The translations under genes and the position numbers were made by a program. This document shows, piece by piece, positions 38,201 through 48,295 of a stretch of 64,000 bases of DNA. Within the stretch, counting starts at the first letter, position 1, and every line of letters starts with the position of its first letter. The notes below the pieces were generated by a model. The model saw only the letters and a program-made list of their open reading frames with translations, was not told the DNA's origin and did not search any database. The stretch covers positions 928 through 64,927 of the IMG/VR virus record IMGVR_UViG_3300025009_000099; one strand, 5' to 3'. The stretch is from a virus (lineage: Duplodnaviria > Caudoviricetes).

Positions 38201-40724
38201 TCTTTTTAATGTCTTCAAGATTTACTTTACCTAATGCTTCTTGATTTTCAGTTGCTTGAAACTGTGGAGCACCTGCTACTTGTTGTTCATTAGTGAACCC
38301 ACTCTGCAAACCTCCGGGCAAGTTTCTAGGAACCTCAGTTTGAACTGCCTGTCTATTTACTGATGGAACATCACCAAGACTTTCAGCAATTTGACGAAAC
38401 CTTACCTGACGTTTATTTTGTTCAGCTAAAGACGGAACAACATTTTGTTTTGCTTCACTTTGTATCTTAGCATCCTGCTGAACATCTTTTTCAATTTCAG
38501 TAAGTTGAGTCTCAAAGAACTTCTTCCTCATAAATGCTTCCGTTCCAGGAGTCATTTTTTCATTGCGAAGATTAAGTTCTTTTTTAACCTCTTGCCAATA
38601 ACCCTCTAGAATAGATTTTTCTCTTTCAGTAAATTTCTGTGTTAAAAATACTTCAGCAGATTCCTGAGCATTCTTAACACCAGGCTGAAGAAACATTTGA
38701 TTATAAAGTTTCTGCCTGACTGCTGGATCACTCTCTTGAGTAATCGAAGACATTACCTTTTGAAGTTCTTGCTTTCGTTGGTTAGCAATAGCATCTTCAC
38801 CTTGAGCAGCAAAGACTTCTGCAGAAGCAGCAGCGTCTTTAACTCCAGGCTGCATGAACATCTTTTCATACAGTGTTTGCCTAGCTTGAGGATCAGGCTC
38901 AATAACTATTTCCTCAAGAACACTGTTCAAGCGTTCCTGATCTTTAGCTCTTACAATTTGATCAAACTGACTAGTGTCTGCATTAGCAATAGTTTCTGCA
39001 GATTCACTTGCATCTCTTTCAAAAGTCTGAAACAAGCCATCATAAACTTTCTGCAACTCTTGTTTCTTTTGCTGACTCTGAGTGTTTGCAATCTGAGTTG
39101 AAAGCCTATCCAGGATGTCTTGCTGCTCAGTAGATTTTTCACCAAAGACTTGTGCTGATTCATTTGCGTCTTTATTAACTCCACCGAGCCAAAGGCTATT
39201 GTAGAAGTTTTCCTTTTCCTGGCGAATCTCATCAGCTTTCTTCGGATCACTGAATTCAGAAGTCTGATTAGTTTTTTGCTGAAGCTGCCTGTCAAGAAGA
39301 GTATTTTTCTCCTTCTTCAGATTAAAAATCCTGTCAGCAATTGATGCCTTCTTTGTAGGATCAGTTTCATCTTTATATTGTTTAAGAGCTATCTCTTCTC
39401 TCTTATTAATTGTATCAAGATCTTCGTTGATTTTCTGAGCATCAGCAATTCTCTTCTCAGCTAACTTATTTTCAATCTCTTTTGCTTGCTTCTCTTCAGG
39501 AGAAAGTGCTTCATATTCTTTCTTAACCAGTTCTTCTTTCTTCTGTCTTCCAGAATTAATCCGATCCAGAAGACTCTGATTATTTTTATTATCCTCAACA
39601 ATCTTTCTAATCACTTCAGCCGGAGCAACATTTTCTTTTCTTGCTTTTGCTTCAAGTTTATCAAGATCCTTAATGAGTTCTTGGTTTGAATTAATGTCAG
39701 TGGTTAACTTTTGAATGATTTGTCCAAGTTCGTCTTCTTTCAGATTGAGAATATTTGCTGCTCGCCTGTCAAGCTCTAACTCTTGTTCAGTCTTTTCAGC
39801 TGGCTTATCTACTCCTGGAAGTAAGTTTGCTCCAGCACCCATTACTCCACCAAGAATAATAGCTTGTGCAGCTCCCTCAGGAACTCCTTCCAGCAAAGGC
39901 TTATCAAGAGCTGCATTAGTAAATATTGTTTCTTGAACAGTTTGTGGTAATTCCTCAAAGACACCTTCAGTTATACCACCCCCAATAATAGATTTCACAA
40001 CACCTTTAAATCCTTCTTTCTTAGCAGGATTTAACCCAGAAATTACCATCGTATCTATATCAGCAAAACCAAGTTTCTTGGCTAGTGATCCACCGACTAT
40101 GCCAAAAGCTGTGGTACCCAATCCTGATACTACTGCAAGTGCCGATTGTTCAGCAGTCAAAAGATCATCAGGTGTGGCATTTCTTATTTGCTCTGCAGTT
40201 TGTCCAGCAGATATTGCACCTTCACCCACAGCACCAGCACCAATAGCAGATCCAGTTTTACCCAAAGTAGTTACAGCCTTCGGTACTAATCTGCTACTAA
40301 GCGCCATCGCACCACGACCTAATACACCACCAGTAGCAACAGATGGCAATGTCTCAACAATACCATGAGCAATAGTGCTTGGATTTTCCAGCATTGCTTG
40401 TGCTGTATCAACAAAGCCTTTTGCAGCATCAACCTTTTTATTTGCTTCTTGTTGTGCAAGAGAATATTCTTCAGAAAGATCTGCCTGCCATTCTTCTGGC
40501 TTTATACCAATATGCTCAAGGCCACGACCAACTCTACCACCAGTTGGAATATCGGCAAGCCCTACAATTCCTTGACCTGCACCAATAACACCTTTAGCAA
40601 GAGATATACCAGTATCTTTTAATGTAGAGCCTAAAGTACGTTCAGGAACAGGCGTATCAAAAGAATCAAACTGAGCATAAGGATCTTCTGAATCATCAAA
40701 CTGATCGTAAGGATTTATATCCAT
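35220..40724 (-). CDS. Giant internal virion / DNA-ejection protein (1834 aa)
   Basis: Last gene of the structural arm; NPYDQFD N-terminus, Gly/Ala-rich membrane-like segment, coiled coils, internal repeats, HExxH (WHENKH). Confidence 0.65.
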   Translation of the reverse strand: MDINPYDQFDDSEDPYAQFDSFDTPVPERTLGSTLKDTGISLAKGVIGAGQGIVGLADIPTGGRVGRGLEHIGIKPEEWQADLSEEYSLAQQEANKKVDAAKGFVDTAQAMLENPSTIAHGIVETLPSVATGGVLGRGAMALSSRLVPKAVTTLGKTGSAIGAGAVGEGAISAGQTAEQIRNATPDDLLTAEQSALAVVSGLGTTAFGIVGGSLAKKLGFADIDTMVISGLNPAKKEGFKGVVKSIIGGGITEGVFEELPQTVQETIFTNAALDKPLLEGVPEGAAQAIILGGVMGAGANLLPGVDKPAEKTEQELELDRRAANILNLKEDELGQIIQKLTTDINSNQELIKDLDKLEAKARKENVAPAEVIRKIVEDNKNNQSLLDRINSGRQKKEELVKKEYEALSPEEKQAKEIENKLAEKRIADAQKINEDLDTINKREEIALKQYKDETDPTKKASIADRIFNLKKEKNTLLDRQLQQKTNQTSEFSDPKKADEIRQEKENFYNSLWLGGVNKDANESAQVFGEKSTEQQDILDRLSTQIANTQSQQKKQELQKVYDGLFQTFERDASESAETIANADTSQFDQIVRAKDQERLNSVLEEIVIEPDPQARQTLYEKMFMQPGVKDAAASAEVFAAQGEDAIANQRKQELQKVMSSITQESDPAVRQKLYNQMFLQPGVKNAQESAEVFLTQKFTEREKSILEGYWQEVKKELNLRNEKMTPGTEAFMRKKFFETQLTEIEKDVQQDAKIQSEAKQNVVPSLAEQNKRQVRFRQIAESLGDVPSVNRQAVQTEVPRNLPGGLQSGFTNEQQVAGAPQFQATENQEALGKVNLEDIKKTFPNQTVTQHENGSVSVQFKNGQGLTINSIQGAGQGLVKLAIETGQMSKTGKILGITVENEILLDENFADNKTLWHENKHVLDNLGLITEADDSALNKEFNKLRKAGKLDFALSTHKDPKQRMVENRANMFAQIMVNRAEYRNTAFGKVIQRVIDFFQQLFSFGKQTVSGLAREVESGKIYERQAEALREGMPMFEVREAPVQKISDDVYHQMYSERNSLVRTIGQTLRMRGHEIKQLIDKGLGSISTRLKNVDPMLRAEIRNLDFRTAQKIVTALRIAHPLLEKTKQMSPQDKFVWDAARRNSDEGKIKEIAAKYNMTADQEKLRTVLDQIRQDAIDVGYDVGFIEEYWPRIIKDQEGFLQATKGISQRPVITDAIKVYADKLGMTVEKFEIEYPEQAADIASNTILGRNLGIGGPGNIQARQYETVPPELNKFYMDSDAALMQYIYSMTKKIEARRFFGKVPERIATLKAEKKRKQVMLTDYEKANNAARIEDVSGDLIRIEQELDKYKLQRDYTENIGTYINDLRMSGRIQADDEKVVRDILDARFHEHGATGIVNAYKNMSYIDVMGSPISALTQIGDLAWAMYVGKVWTPRGLADTIKNVGKAITKKSEITKEDLGIERIAQEFADGTTLGNAVSWVFKKVGLERIDSIGKETLINNAFSTYKAMASTEAGRTELLKQIKPIFGTQSESVINDLLANNPTDNVKMLLYHRLLDFQPVALSEMSEQYLKSGNGRVFYMLKTYTLKQFDVFRNEAWHKIKTGERDQVIEGIGNMIKLVSLLTLANAGADELKDWMLGKETKFEDHVIENFLTMGGASKYVRMQTTREGLGSGLIGQILPPFRFVNSISKDLNQLYGSYITGDTIDFDHARIVESIPIGGKLYYWHYGRGEDYKKSSNEQEFGKVSKEVDIFKKQLENSEDKRTFLNSNLDGFKQMKLHENFQSALNRNQAVINKLKKIDQTTNVRERLGQLQQQREMILKRYFEVTGTVQ

Positions 40725-40760
40725 ATTTAGTGTTCCTTATAACTATATTAATAATATAAA

Positions 40761-41813
40761 TTATTTACCTTCTGCCCAAGATGGTAAATATTTATATCTT
40801 GCTTTAAACTTAGCTGCTGTTTGAGGATTCTTTCGTAAGTAATCAAGAGCAGGATGATTTTTTGGAAGTTCCATTGGTTGGCCAAGTTGTTCTGGTGTTC
40901 CATCAACATAGCCAGTCTCGTCAGCATTTGGCATTAGAAGTCTTTGTCTCTTAGTATTTCCAGTAGGATCAATAGGATCGGATTCCTCAATTAGCATAGG
41001 TTTTAATTTAGCTTCCTTAACTGAAGGATTCTGTAATACCTGACCTTGAATATCACGTAACTTATTTTCTGCAATAACACCTTGTGCATCAATCCTATTC
41101 TTCTCTGCATCAAGAGAAAGTTGATCCTTTGCAATCTGGTTACGATCTAAAGTAGAAAGAAAATTTGCACGATTCATATCTCGATCTGCTTCAGCATTCA
41201 TTATTTGTGCATCAGCTCGAGCCTGCCTACTTTGCAGACCTCTTACAAACATTCCACCAATACTATCATCTACAGGCTGCTCTGTATTTAATGGATTTAC
41301 TCCGAAGAATCTACCACGAGGTGTATCTCTTCTTACTGCTTGCTGAGCAAAATAATCATCCCAAGTTGGTTGCTGCCTACCTGACTGATTTATACTTCTT
41401 AAGTTAATATTACCTTTATCTCCTTTATCTTCTTTATACGAAAGAGTATTTCCACCAATATCATAAGTAGTTGTATCTCCATCAGTTGCTACAGTCATTT
41501 TACCTAAGTCTGCATCTCTCTGAGCATTAGGAATTTCCTTAAGTTTAGGTAAATTTGAACTTACTGGAGGTTGATATAATGAAGGTGTTTTTGGTTCACT
41601 TAAAGAAGTTGCTTGAATTATTGGCTTTTGAATATTTTGTGGATTACTTCCACCATAAAATGCTTCATTATTTGGGTCTCCTGGAATAATTGGGGCTTGT
41701 ATCTTTTTTAAAGGCTTAGGAACATTAAAATTTTTATCCGTAAATGATTCATCCATAGTAGGAGGCAGACGTAATCTTTTCTTTTTTTCTTCTTCAATTT
41801 GATTCAAAGCCAT
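40761..41813 (-). CDS. Putative internal virion (ejection) protein
   Basis: Low-complexity Pro/Gln-rich sequence; precedes the giant protein. Confidence 0.5.
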   Translation of the reverse strand: MALNQIEEEKKKRLRLPPTMDESFTDKNFNVPKPLKKIQAPIIPGDPNNEAFYGGSNPQNIQKPIIQATSLSEPKTPSLYQPPVSSNLPKLKEIPNAQRDADLGKMTVATDGDTTTYDIGGNTLSYKEDKGDKGNINLRSINQSGRQQPTWDDYFAQQAVRRDTPRGRFFGVNPLNTEQPVDDSIGGMFVRGLQSRQARADAQIMNAEADRDMNRANFLSTLDRNQIAKDQLSLDAEKNRIDAQGVIAENKLRDIQGQVLQNPSVKEAKLKPMLIEESDPIDPTGNTKRQRLLMPNADETGYVDGTPEQLGQPMELPKNHPALDYLRKNPQTAAKFKARYKYLPSWAEGK

Positions 41814-41836
41814 TTTAGCCTCGCAGATTAATTTTA

Positions 41837-42805
41837 TTATTCAAACGCACTAACAGATTGAGATACAATACTGTTCAAAGACATCAATGCCGCTTGTGCA
41901 GTCTTAGCAAAAACATCTGCTGCAGCAGCAAGTGCCTGAACATCAACTTGACTATTCTGAGTAGCATTATCTCTTCTATGCTTATAAACATCAACCCCTG
42001 CACCAAGTTCAGCAAGTTTTGACTGCAAAATCATTTGATCCCTATTCTGCCTTGCTCTGTACCAATCTGCAGCAGCACTCATCATCTTAGCTTTAATATC
42101 AGTATTTAATGCTGCAATTCTTGCTGCTGAATCTGGAGCTACTGCCAGCGCACGAATATAATCTATTGCTGCCTGCATTGCTGCCAGTCTAGATTCAATA
42201 GCTTTACCAATGGCAAACTTAATAGTTTCGATGGCTATCTCAATTTGTTTTACAGCAACAGTCGTTGTCGCGATTCCGATCCTGCCTGCCTGTTCAAATG
42301 CTGCTTGGTTAAGATCATAAATCATTGGTCCCTGGATAAGTGAAAATCCTCTTGCAGCATATCCAGCAGTTATTCCATTAGAAACTCTCTGCCCATCTCT
42401 AATAATTCTATCTCTTTCACGCTGAATTATTTGATCCTCAAGTGCTGCCGGAATTCCTGTTCCACCATTAGTAATTGTATTTACTAACCAATTTGTCGCT
42501 TCATCAAAAGCATCACTTGCCAGGGGATAATAAGTAGCAAAAAAGTTTGCTAATTGATTAGATAACAAGGCAATCAATGCATCACGTTCTGCTTCATAAT
42601 TATATTTTGAATCATCTACTGTAGGTATTTCTGGCTCGATTGCTTCAACAGTAAACCCTGTAGCAGTTGTGGGTGGAGTAAGATAAAATCCTGCGTTACT
42701 TCTAATAAGATCTTCCGCAGCATCTTGAGCAGACTCAGTTGAATTATTTGCAGTAGCAATGGCATTTTCAATAATTTGATTTACAATCTCTGCCGTAGTA
42801 GCCAT
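41837..42805 (-). CDS. Putative internal virion protein
   Basis: Ala-rich helical; YAARGFS motif. Confidence 0.5.
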   Translation of the reverse strand: MATTAEIVNQIIENAIATANNSTESAQDAAEDLIRSNAGFYLTPPTTATGFTVEAIEPEIPTVDDSKYNYEAERDALIALLSNQLANFFATYYPLASDAFDEATNWLVNTITNGGTGIPAALEDQIIQRERDRIIRDGQRVSNGITAGYAARGFSLIQGPMIYDLNQAAFEQAGRIGIATTTVAVKQIEIAIETIKFAIGKAIESRLAAMQAAIDYIRALAVAPDSAARIAALNTDIKAKMMSAAADWYRARQNRDQMILQSKLAELGAGVDVYKHRRDNATQNSQVDVQALAAAADVFAKTAQAALMSLNSIVSQSVSAFE

Positions 42806-44658
42806 TAAAGTCTCCTATTTAATTGCATAATTTCAAACATAATATTTTCAAGATCAAAATTATAACCATTATTTGTAATTATAAAATTCCAATAATATCC
42901 AGAAAGAATACTTCCCATATTAACACGATGCCTTGTAGTAACACTACTCGAATCTTTCATCAAAAATGTACGAGTTTGTCCATCAGTCTCAACAGTTAAT
43001 GAAAGTTTTCCACTTGAGTTTAGGCCTAAATAAGCAGAAGTAACTCTCTTCTTATAAAATGATCCTAAATCAGAACGTCCAAAATCAACTAAAGCATCTA
43101 TTAAATCTCCATTATCAGTAGTTCCAGTTAATTCATAAATACCATCCATTGCAACACCATAATTTTTGCCTTCATACGTATAGAAAGAATTATAACCATA
43201 ATTATCATATTGACTTGTTGCTTCAGTATCTATGTTAACAACCCAAACTCTAGCAGTCTTATCAAGAATTGCGGTTGTTCCTTGCCCCGCAATAGTAGTA
43301 TTGATTGCAACTATATCTTCAGATAATACTGCAGTAAATGTACCAACAACAGTATACGAATCTGAAACAGTAAGTTGCTCAAGAATATTAGCAATTGCTA
43401 TTCTTGTTGCAGTAATAGTATCTACAATTGTCCCAGTATTATTTATAAAAATAATATGCTCAACAACTGTCTTTGATGCATCTAGAACATAAATTTCTTC
43501 TAGTAGATATTTCGTCCCAACTGGCGGACCTTCAAACATCATGCCCCATCTTGACGAGAAGATCACACTCAGTTCACCGTACTCCGCTTCCTCAAACATC
43601 CTGCCGATGAGTGATGGAAAGTCGGCGTTGACTTCTCCTCTGCCGATTGTTGTCGTAGTCATCGAGCAAACGAGTGCTGGTAACATTGCGAAGATAAATT
43701 CAGGTGTCGCCGGGACGAAAGCAAGCTCCTCAAGATACGCGGTGAGAGCCGGGAAGGTCGCATCAATTGCCCCGTAGCCATCGACCGTCTCAAACATCTG
43801 ACAGCCGAACGCCGGGAAATTTGCCCTGATATAATCCGATGAACTCTTGGCGTACAGTGTGCCGGCGCCAGAGCAGATCGCCGTTGTCTGCTGGTATGTG
43901 AGCGACCCGGTTCCCTCAAGAAATGCCTTGCAAGTCCCTGCTTGGAGTAACCCTGTGCCGCCCAGTGTTGCAGTGCCAGTAGAGATAACTTCTCCGTCCT
44001 CGAATGATGCATCAGTTATCTGGTCGCCGCTGGAGTAGAGCCGACCATAGGCGTACAGGTCGATGAACTCGGGGACTGGGGTAGGCGTTGTACTGTGGTA
44101 AACTACAGTTTCAGTTCCTGTAATCACTGCGTAAACAATCGAGTTATCCACCTGCCGGTAGATCCTGAACTCTGAATCAAAACTCGGTATACTTTGCAGG
44201 CTGGCCTTGAATACCCCGTTCTCGTAAACATGCACTCCTGTAATATCTATCGCCAGGCCATGTGTGAACTGAGATATTGACTGTCCGTCCATTCCCGCTG
44301 GACCGATCATCATACAGGCCCCTGAGATATCGCCTACTGTGAAGCGCAAGTATGAATGAAAAGGGTTTATGCTCCTTGCTGTAGTATCCCAGGCACTGCT
44401 CATCAGTTTAGCAATCTCCATCACTGGAGCTTCTATAATAGGATTCGTGACTACTGGGTCTTGAGTGGGGGTGGTGGTGACAACGGTTACAGTTGTTGTG
44501 GTAGTTGGAGATGTCCCGGTTACACCAATAGGGATATAGACAGGGGTGCCGTCTGAAGATATTATCCAAGGGTTGGAGAAGTCAGCCCCGCCGCCACCAT
44601 ACCCGCCACCGAGAACAAGGTCGGTTACTGATCCATCACCAGTATATGTCAGGCTCAT
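42805..44658 (-). CDS. Tail/structural protein
   Basis: beta-rich; C-terminal SQYDNYGYNS...GIYELTG...DFGRSDLGS..KRV tail-like domain. Confidence 0.55.
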   Translation of the reverse strand: MSLTYTGDGSVTDLVLGGGYGGGGADFSNPWIISSDGTPVYIPIGVTGTSPTTTTTVTVVTTTPTQDPVVTNPIIEAPVMEIAKLMSSAWDTTARSINPFHSYLRFTVGDISGACMMIGPAGMDGQSISQFTHGLAIDITGVHVYENGVFKASLQSIPSFDSEFRIYRQVDNSIVYAVITGTETVVYHSTTPTPVPEFIDLYAYGRLYSSGDQITDASFEDGEVISTGTATLGGTGLLQAGTCKAFLEGTGSLTYQQTTAICSGAGTLYAKSSSDYIRANFPAFGCQMFETVDGYGAIDATFPALTAYLEELAFVPATPEFIFAMLPALVCSMTTTTIGRGEVNADFPSLIGRMFEEAEYGELSVIFSSRWGMMFEGPPVGTKYLLEEIYVLDASKTVVEHIIFINNTGTIVDTITATRIAIANILEQLTVSDSYTVVGTFTAVLSEDIVAINTTIAGQGTTAILDKTARVWVVNIDTEATSQYDNYGYNSFYTYEGKNYGVAMDGIYELTGTTDNGDLIDALVDFGRSDLGSFYKKRVTSAYLGLNSSGKLSLTVETDGQTRTFLMKDSSSVTTRHRVNMGSILSGYYWNFIITNNGYNFDLENIMFEIMQLNRRL

Positions 44659-45071
44659 ATCAGTACCTCCTGAGTCGGGTAGTTGGTCGAGTCATATCCG
44701 ACGAAAACGTAGAATCCAATGCCGCTTACCCCGTACCACGAAGCGACGTAATTATCCCCCGGCCACACATAAAGAGGTTTCCCCCAGTCCTGATAGAGTT
44801 TCTGAGTAAACAGGGTGGTCTTCATTGGTTCTTCTGCCCAGCCGAACAACGCCTCTTTCAAGAATGCAACTTCTGAGGCAGTCGCAACCCTGATATCAAT
44901 GGCAAGGGTGGTGGTAGATTCAGTAGGATACGTTTGAATGACTGGCAAAGCACCCCCCACATATTCTCCAGTCGGATACTCAACCACTGACACCGATCCT
45001 TGTGAGGATAGAGTGCTGCCAGTACCAGCCGGGACAACTATGTATCGCCAATCTTTTGAAAGTATAGTCAT
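44655..45071 (-). CDS. Hypothetical structural protein
   Basis: Coupled in operon. Confidence 0.5.
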   Translation of the reverse strand: MTILSKDWRYIVVPAGTGSTLSSQGSVSVVEYPTGEYVGGALPVIQTYPTESTTTLAIDIRVATASEVAFLKEALFGWAEEPMKTTLFTQKLYQDWGKPLYVWPGDNYVASWYGVSGIGFYVFVGYDSTNYPTQEVLI

Positions 45072-46885
45072 GGCATTCCTATTGCGTATTTATCGTAAGG
45101 GCCGACAGGACTCTGCGGGACTATCGGCGGACACTGGTAGGCGGCGAGGGCGTTACACCTTGGGTCATCACCGTAGAGCCCAATGGCAAAGTTATCAGCA
45201 TCTCCGACCGGGAATGGCAGTTCTCCCATTACTCGCCAGGGTTCTGTGCTTGCATCTTCTTCGTCAGTTGCTGCAGTCCAGTTCAGTGAGGCGAAAGCGT
45301 ATTTCTCCACCTCTGTCGGAACTCCATCAATAATTTCCTCAATCGTATGCTTGACCACACCTAGCAGAAATATTCGTTCAGGCGTAACTATACAAGGACG
45401 CACATTGATAAGTTCTACTCCTTCAGAACATTCAGGCAAGATGGTCCAGCCAGTGAATGGGGATCCATAATGTACAGCTCTAACGCCAATCTTAACCTTG
45501 TTGCTAATACATAAATAAAGATGCGTATCTTCGAATAGTCCTGCATAAGTAATATCTGGTCTTACGCCCTCTTCTTCAGATACAGAAGTAGGAACAAGAA
45601 CAGTTGCTATATACAGTCCATCAGGAGTAAACTTAACCGCACCATACTTTCTGGTCCAAGTATAAATAATTCCTGCATGATCGTGGAACATTACTGAATC
45701 GTAGGGCACTGTGAAATTGACATTCGGATATGCACCAGCAACCTGCTCAAACATTCTCTTAGCGTTGAACCAGTCACCTGAAACTGTCACAATAGCGAGG
45801 TCAACAAGCAAAGGCATGAACTGATTTGAATTTACCAAATGCACATTCCCTCCGACTGTCATCGAATAGAACAGCCTCCACTTCTCTTCATCTGGATTAT
45901 CGTCATAATATACTGATGCTTCGCAAACTTCCGACCCAGACGAAAACACATGACAAGAAGCGTTGACGGCATGGAAAAACGTACCTTCAAAAGCATAAGA
46001 CCCAAGCGGTTCGCATGATCCGTCATTCACCGAGTTGCTGAGAATATTCCGCAGTGCTTCGGGCATGGAGTCGTTCAGTATCTCGCTGAAGTGGATAGTG
46101 TCTTGCATCCCAAAGTCAACGTCGATGCTGTAGCCTACGGCCTTTCTCAAAGGATCACCAACAAAGTCATAAATCCATGCACTGTGAAAGGTGGTATATC
46201 TATCATCCCCGGTCTTCTGGTAGATCCGCCAGGGGGTATAAGCATCCGCATATTCAATATGCTTGGCAACGCAGTCTATCCGGCTTGCCTGGCTCCCGTT
46301 TGAAATATAGAACGAAGCGGTTTTTTCAAAGACCTGCCTCCACCAGTCGAATGTCCCATCATCAGCAAGGTCGTACTTCATCGAGTCGGAGACAATGATG
46401 TTGAAAGTTTCCCCGTGAAAAGGAAGCAGGACGGGAGAACAAGAATAATCAGTGACAAGGACTGTTCCTGAGTAGGTGGTATCTCCGTTGAGCAGTCCGA
46501 AGTAAGACTGGTTCACCGCAGGCAGGAACTTAACAGGATAATACCCTGTTTCTATCGGAATCTGCCCATCGAAGAACGTAGTAAACTCCCCGGCAATTCC
46601 CAAGTCCTTGAACATCACATACAAGTCTTGGGCTGGATTGAATCCGCCTGCCCAATAATCTGCTACTGCAATCTTAATTCCATATTGTGTCGAGCAGGCT
46701 ACAACCGCGCCCATTGGAGCTGTCACTTTGCCGCCGTTTAGGTCTTTACTGAGTTGCCATACCTTAAATCTGAACCCATCCCATACCGGACAAGCAGAAG
46801 GAATATCCATCTCCTTAATCTGTGCGAGCTTCTTCTTAGCAAACCATCTGCGTTTCAGGCTGCGGTCGCCGTCGAAGGTAATCAT
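45068..46885 (-). CDS. Hypothetical structural/tail protein
   Basis: 605 aa, coupled on both sides. Confidence 0.5.
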   Translation of the reverse strand: MITFDGDRSLKRRWFAKKKLAQIKEMDIPSACPVWDGFRFKVWQLSKDLNGGKVTAPMGAVVACSTQYGIKIAVADYWAGGFNPAQDLYVMFKDLGIAGEFTTFFDGQIPIETGYYPVKFLPAVNQSYFGLLNGDTTYSGTVLVTDYSCSPVLLPFHGETFNIIVSDSMKYDLADDGTFDWWRQVFEKTASFYISNGSQASRIDCVAKHIEYADAYTPWRIYQKTGDDRYTTFHSAWIYDFVGDPLRKAVGYSIDVDFGMQDTIHFSEILNDSMPEALRNILSNSVNDGSCEPLGSYAFEGTFFHAVNASCHVFSSGSEVCEASVYYDDNPDEEKWRLFYSMTVGGNVHLVNSNQFMPLLVDLAIVTVSGDWFNAKRMFEQVAGAYPNVNFTVPYDSVMFHDHAGIIYTWTRKYGAVKFTPDGLYIATVLVPTSVSEEEGVRPDITYAGLFEDTHLYLCISNKVKIGVRAVHYGSPFTGWTILPECSEGVELINVRPCIVTPERIFLLGVVKHTIEEIIDGVPTEVEKYAFASLNWTAATDEEDASTEPWRVMGELPFPVGDADNFAIGLYGDDPRCNALAAYQCPPIVPQSPVGPYDKYAIGMP

Positions 46886-47820
46886 TCAGCAATCTCAGTC
46901 TGTCCAGAAAAGTTCGTCCAAAATACTGGTGGAGCAAGGTCATAATCTTGCCACGTTCCATCGGGAGATGTGGCCGTATAAACAGTTCTGGAAATAGCCA
47001 AGAATATCTCACCATTCCAAAATATTTCAGACCATGATGTAGATATTGGCAGCGTCGTAAGCGTCCAATTTATTCCATCAGATGATGTGGCGGACGAATT
47101 TGAGTTATACGCGATAATGCAAAAAACAGTCCCATTCCACGCGATGGATGCCCATGACCCAGATGAAGGAGTTGGAAGAACAACCTCTGTCCACGCAACA
47201 CCATCAGTAGAGATTATACATTTATGCTGGTAACCAGATTTAAGATAGTTTGAGAGAGCACAAAAGATTGTACCATTCCAAACTATCTTTTTGTATGTCA
47301 GTCCAGAAGGAGCAGCAGTATAACTCCAGGTTGTTCCGTTAGAAGATGTCGCTATCCTATTAGCTCCAACCGCACAGAATATACTTCCATTCCAAGTAGC
47401 CCCATACAAAGACATTGATGCAGGAAGACTGTGCTGAGTCCATGTTATTCCATCTACCGACCGAAGCATGGTAGACACTGCAACTGTATCACCACCTATT
47501 GCATAAAAAACCCCATCTACCGAGAGAACAACGGAACAGTTTATATCGACAGGGAACGCCCTTTGGGTCCATGCTTCTCCATCTGGCGAGGTCATAACCA
47601 TTGTTGCTTTACTACCTGAACAAAAGACTGATCCATTCCAGGCTGTAGATGTAAAACTAGAGGTCCCGGGCAGTGTTACATTTGCCCATTGCGCACCATC
47701 TGATGATATTGAAAAAATGTTACTAAAGTCGAAACTAGAAGCAAGACAGAAAACATTTCCATTCCATGCTATAGAATCCCAACTTGCTGCAAAATTGGAA
47801 CTAGATAAAGAAATGATCAT
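46882..47820 (-). CDS. Beta-propeller (BNR/Asp-box repeat) receptor-binding-like protein
   Basis: About 7 repeats of WNGxxFC...SxDGxxWT. Confidence 0.7.
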   Translation of the reverse strand: MIISLSSSNFAASWDSIAWNGNVFCLASSFDFSNIFSISSDGAQWANVTLPGTSSFTSTAWNGSVFCSGSKATMVMTSPDGEAWTQRAFPVDINCSVVLSVDGVFYAIGGDTVAVSTMLRSVDGITWTQHSLPASMSLYGATWNGSIFCAVGANRIATSSNGTTWSYTAAPSGLTYKKIVWNGTIFCALSNYLKSGYQHKCIISTDGVAWTEVVLPTPSSGSWASIAWNGTVFCIIAYNSNSSATSSDGINWTLTTLPISTSWSEIFWNGEIFLAISRTVYTATSPDGTWQDYDLAPPVFWTNFSGQTEIAE

Positions 47821-47823
47821 CCT

Positions 47824-48288
47824 TTACTCCGCAGGAACTCCAAAGAAAGCAGCGTCAATCCGCTGGGTGTCGCCGAGGGTCTTGAGTGCGGTGGAGATAA
47901 TCATCTCCTTGCCGACAGTCCCGACAGTCAACTGAAGGCGTTTCTCTGTGGTAGCAACCCCGCCGGCGTCAGCCGCGTCAACAATCCGCGCGAATGACGG
48001 ATATCCGGTAGCCACATAGTCACCCTGCCATACCTCTGCGGATGCCTTAGCGATAACTCCACTTGAAGAAGTCGTGGCAAGATTAACCCCTGTCCCTGCC
48101 CCATTGAGAGACACGGTACAGAGCAATGTTGCCGACCCGATAGAAGCTCCTGCTGTTGCAGGAACAAATGTCAATGCTTCTGCAAGAGAAACAGTAGATC
48201 CATAGATCTTGATGACTTTACCATTAATCAATGCTTCAGTATCCCCAGTAACATTAAAATGATCCTGTGCTGCCGTTGATAATTTCAT
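47824..48288 (-). CDS. Small virion structural protein (fibre-associated family)
   Basis: IKIYG...TLLCTVS...ATGYPSFARI..RLQLTVG. Confidence 0.55.
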   Translation of the reverse strand: MKLSTAAQDHFNVTGDTEALINGKVIKIYGSTVSLAEALTFVPATAGASIGSATLLCTVSLNGAGTGVNLATTSSSGVIAKASAEVWQGDYVATGYPSFARIVDAADAGGVATTEKRLQLTVGTVGKEMIISTALKTLGDTQRIDAAFFGVPAE

Positions 48289-48295
48289 TATGACC

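Noticed and set aside
35220-40724. N4-like virion RNA polymerase
   Set aside because: About half the expected size and no recognisable single-subunit RNAP motifs
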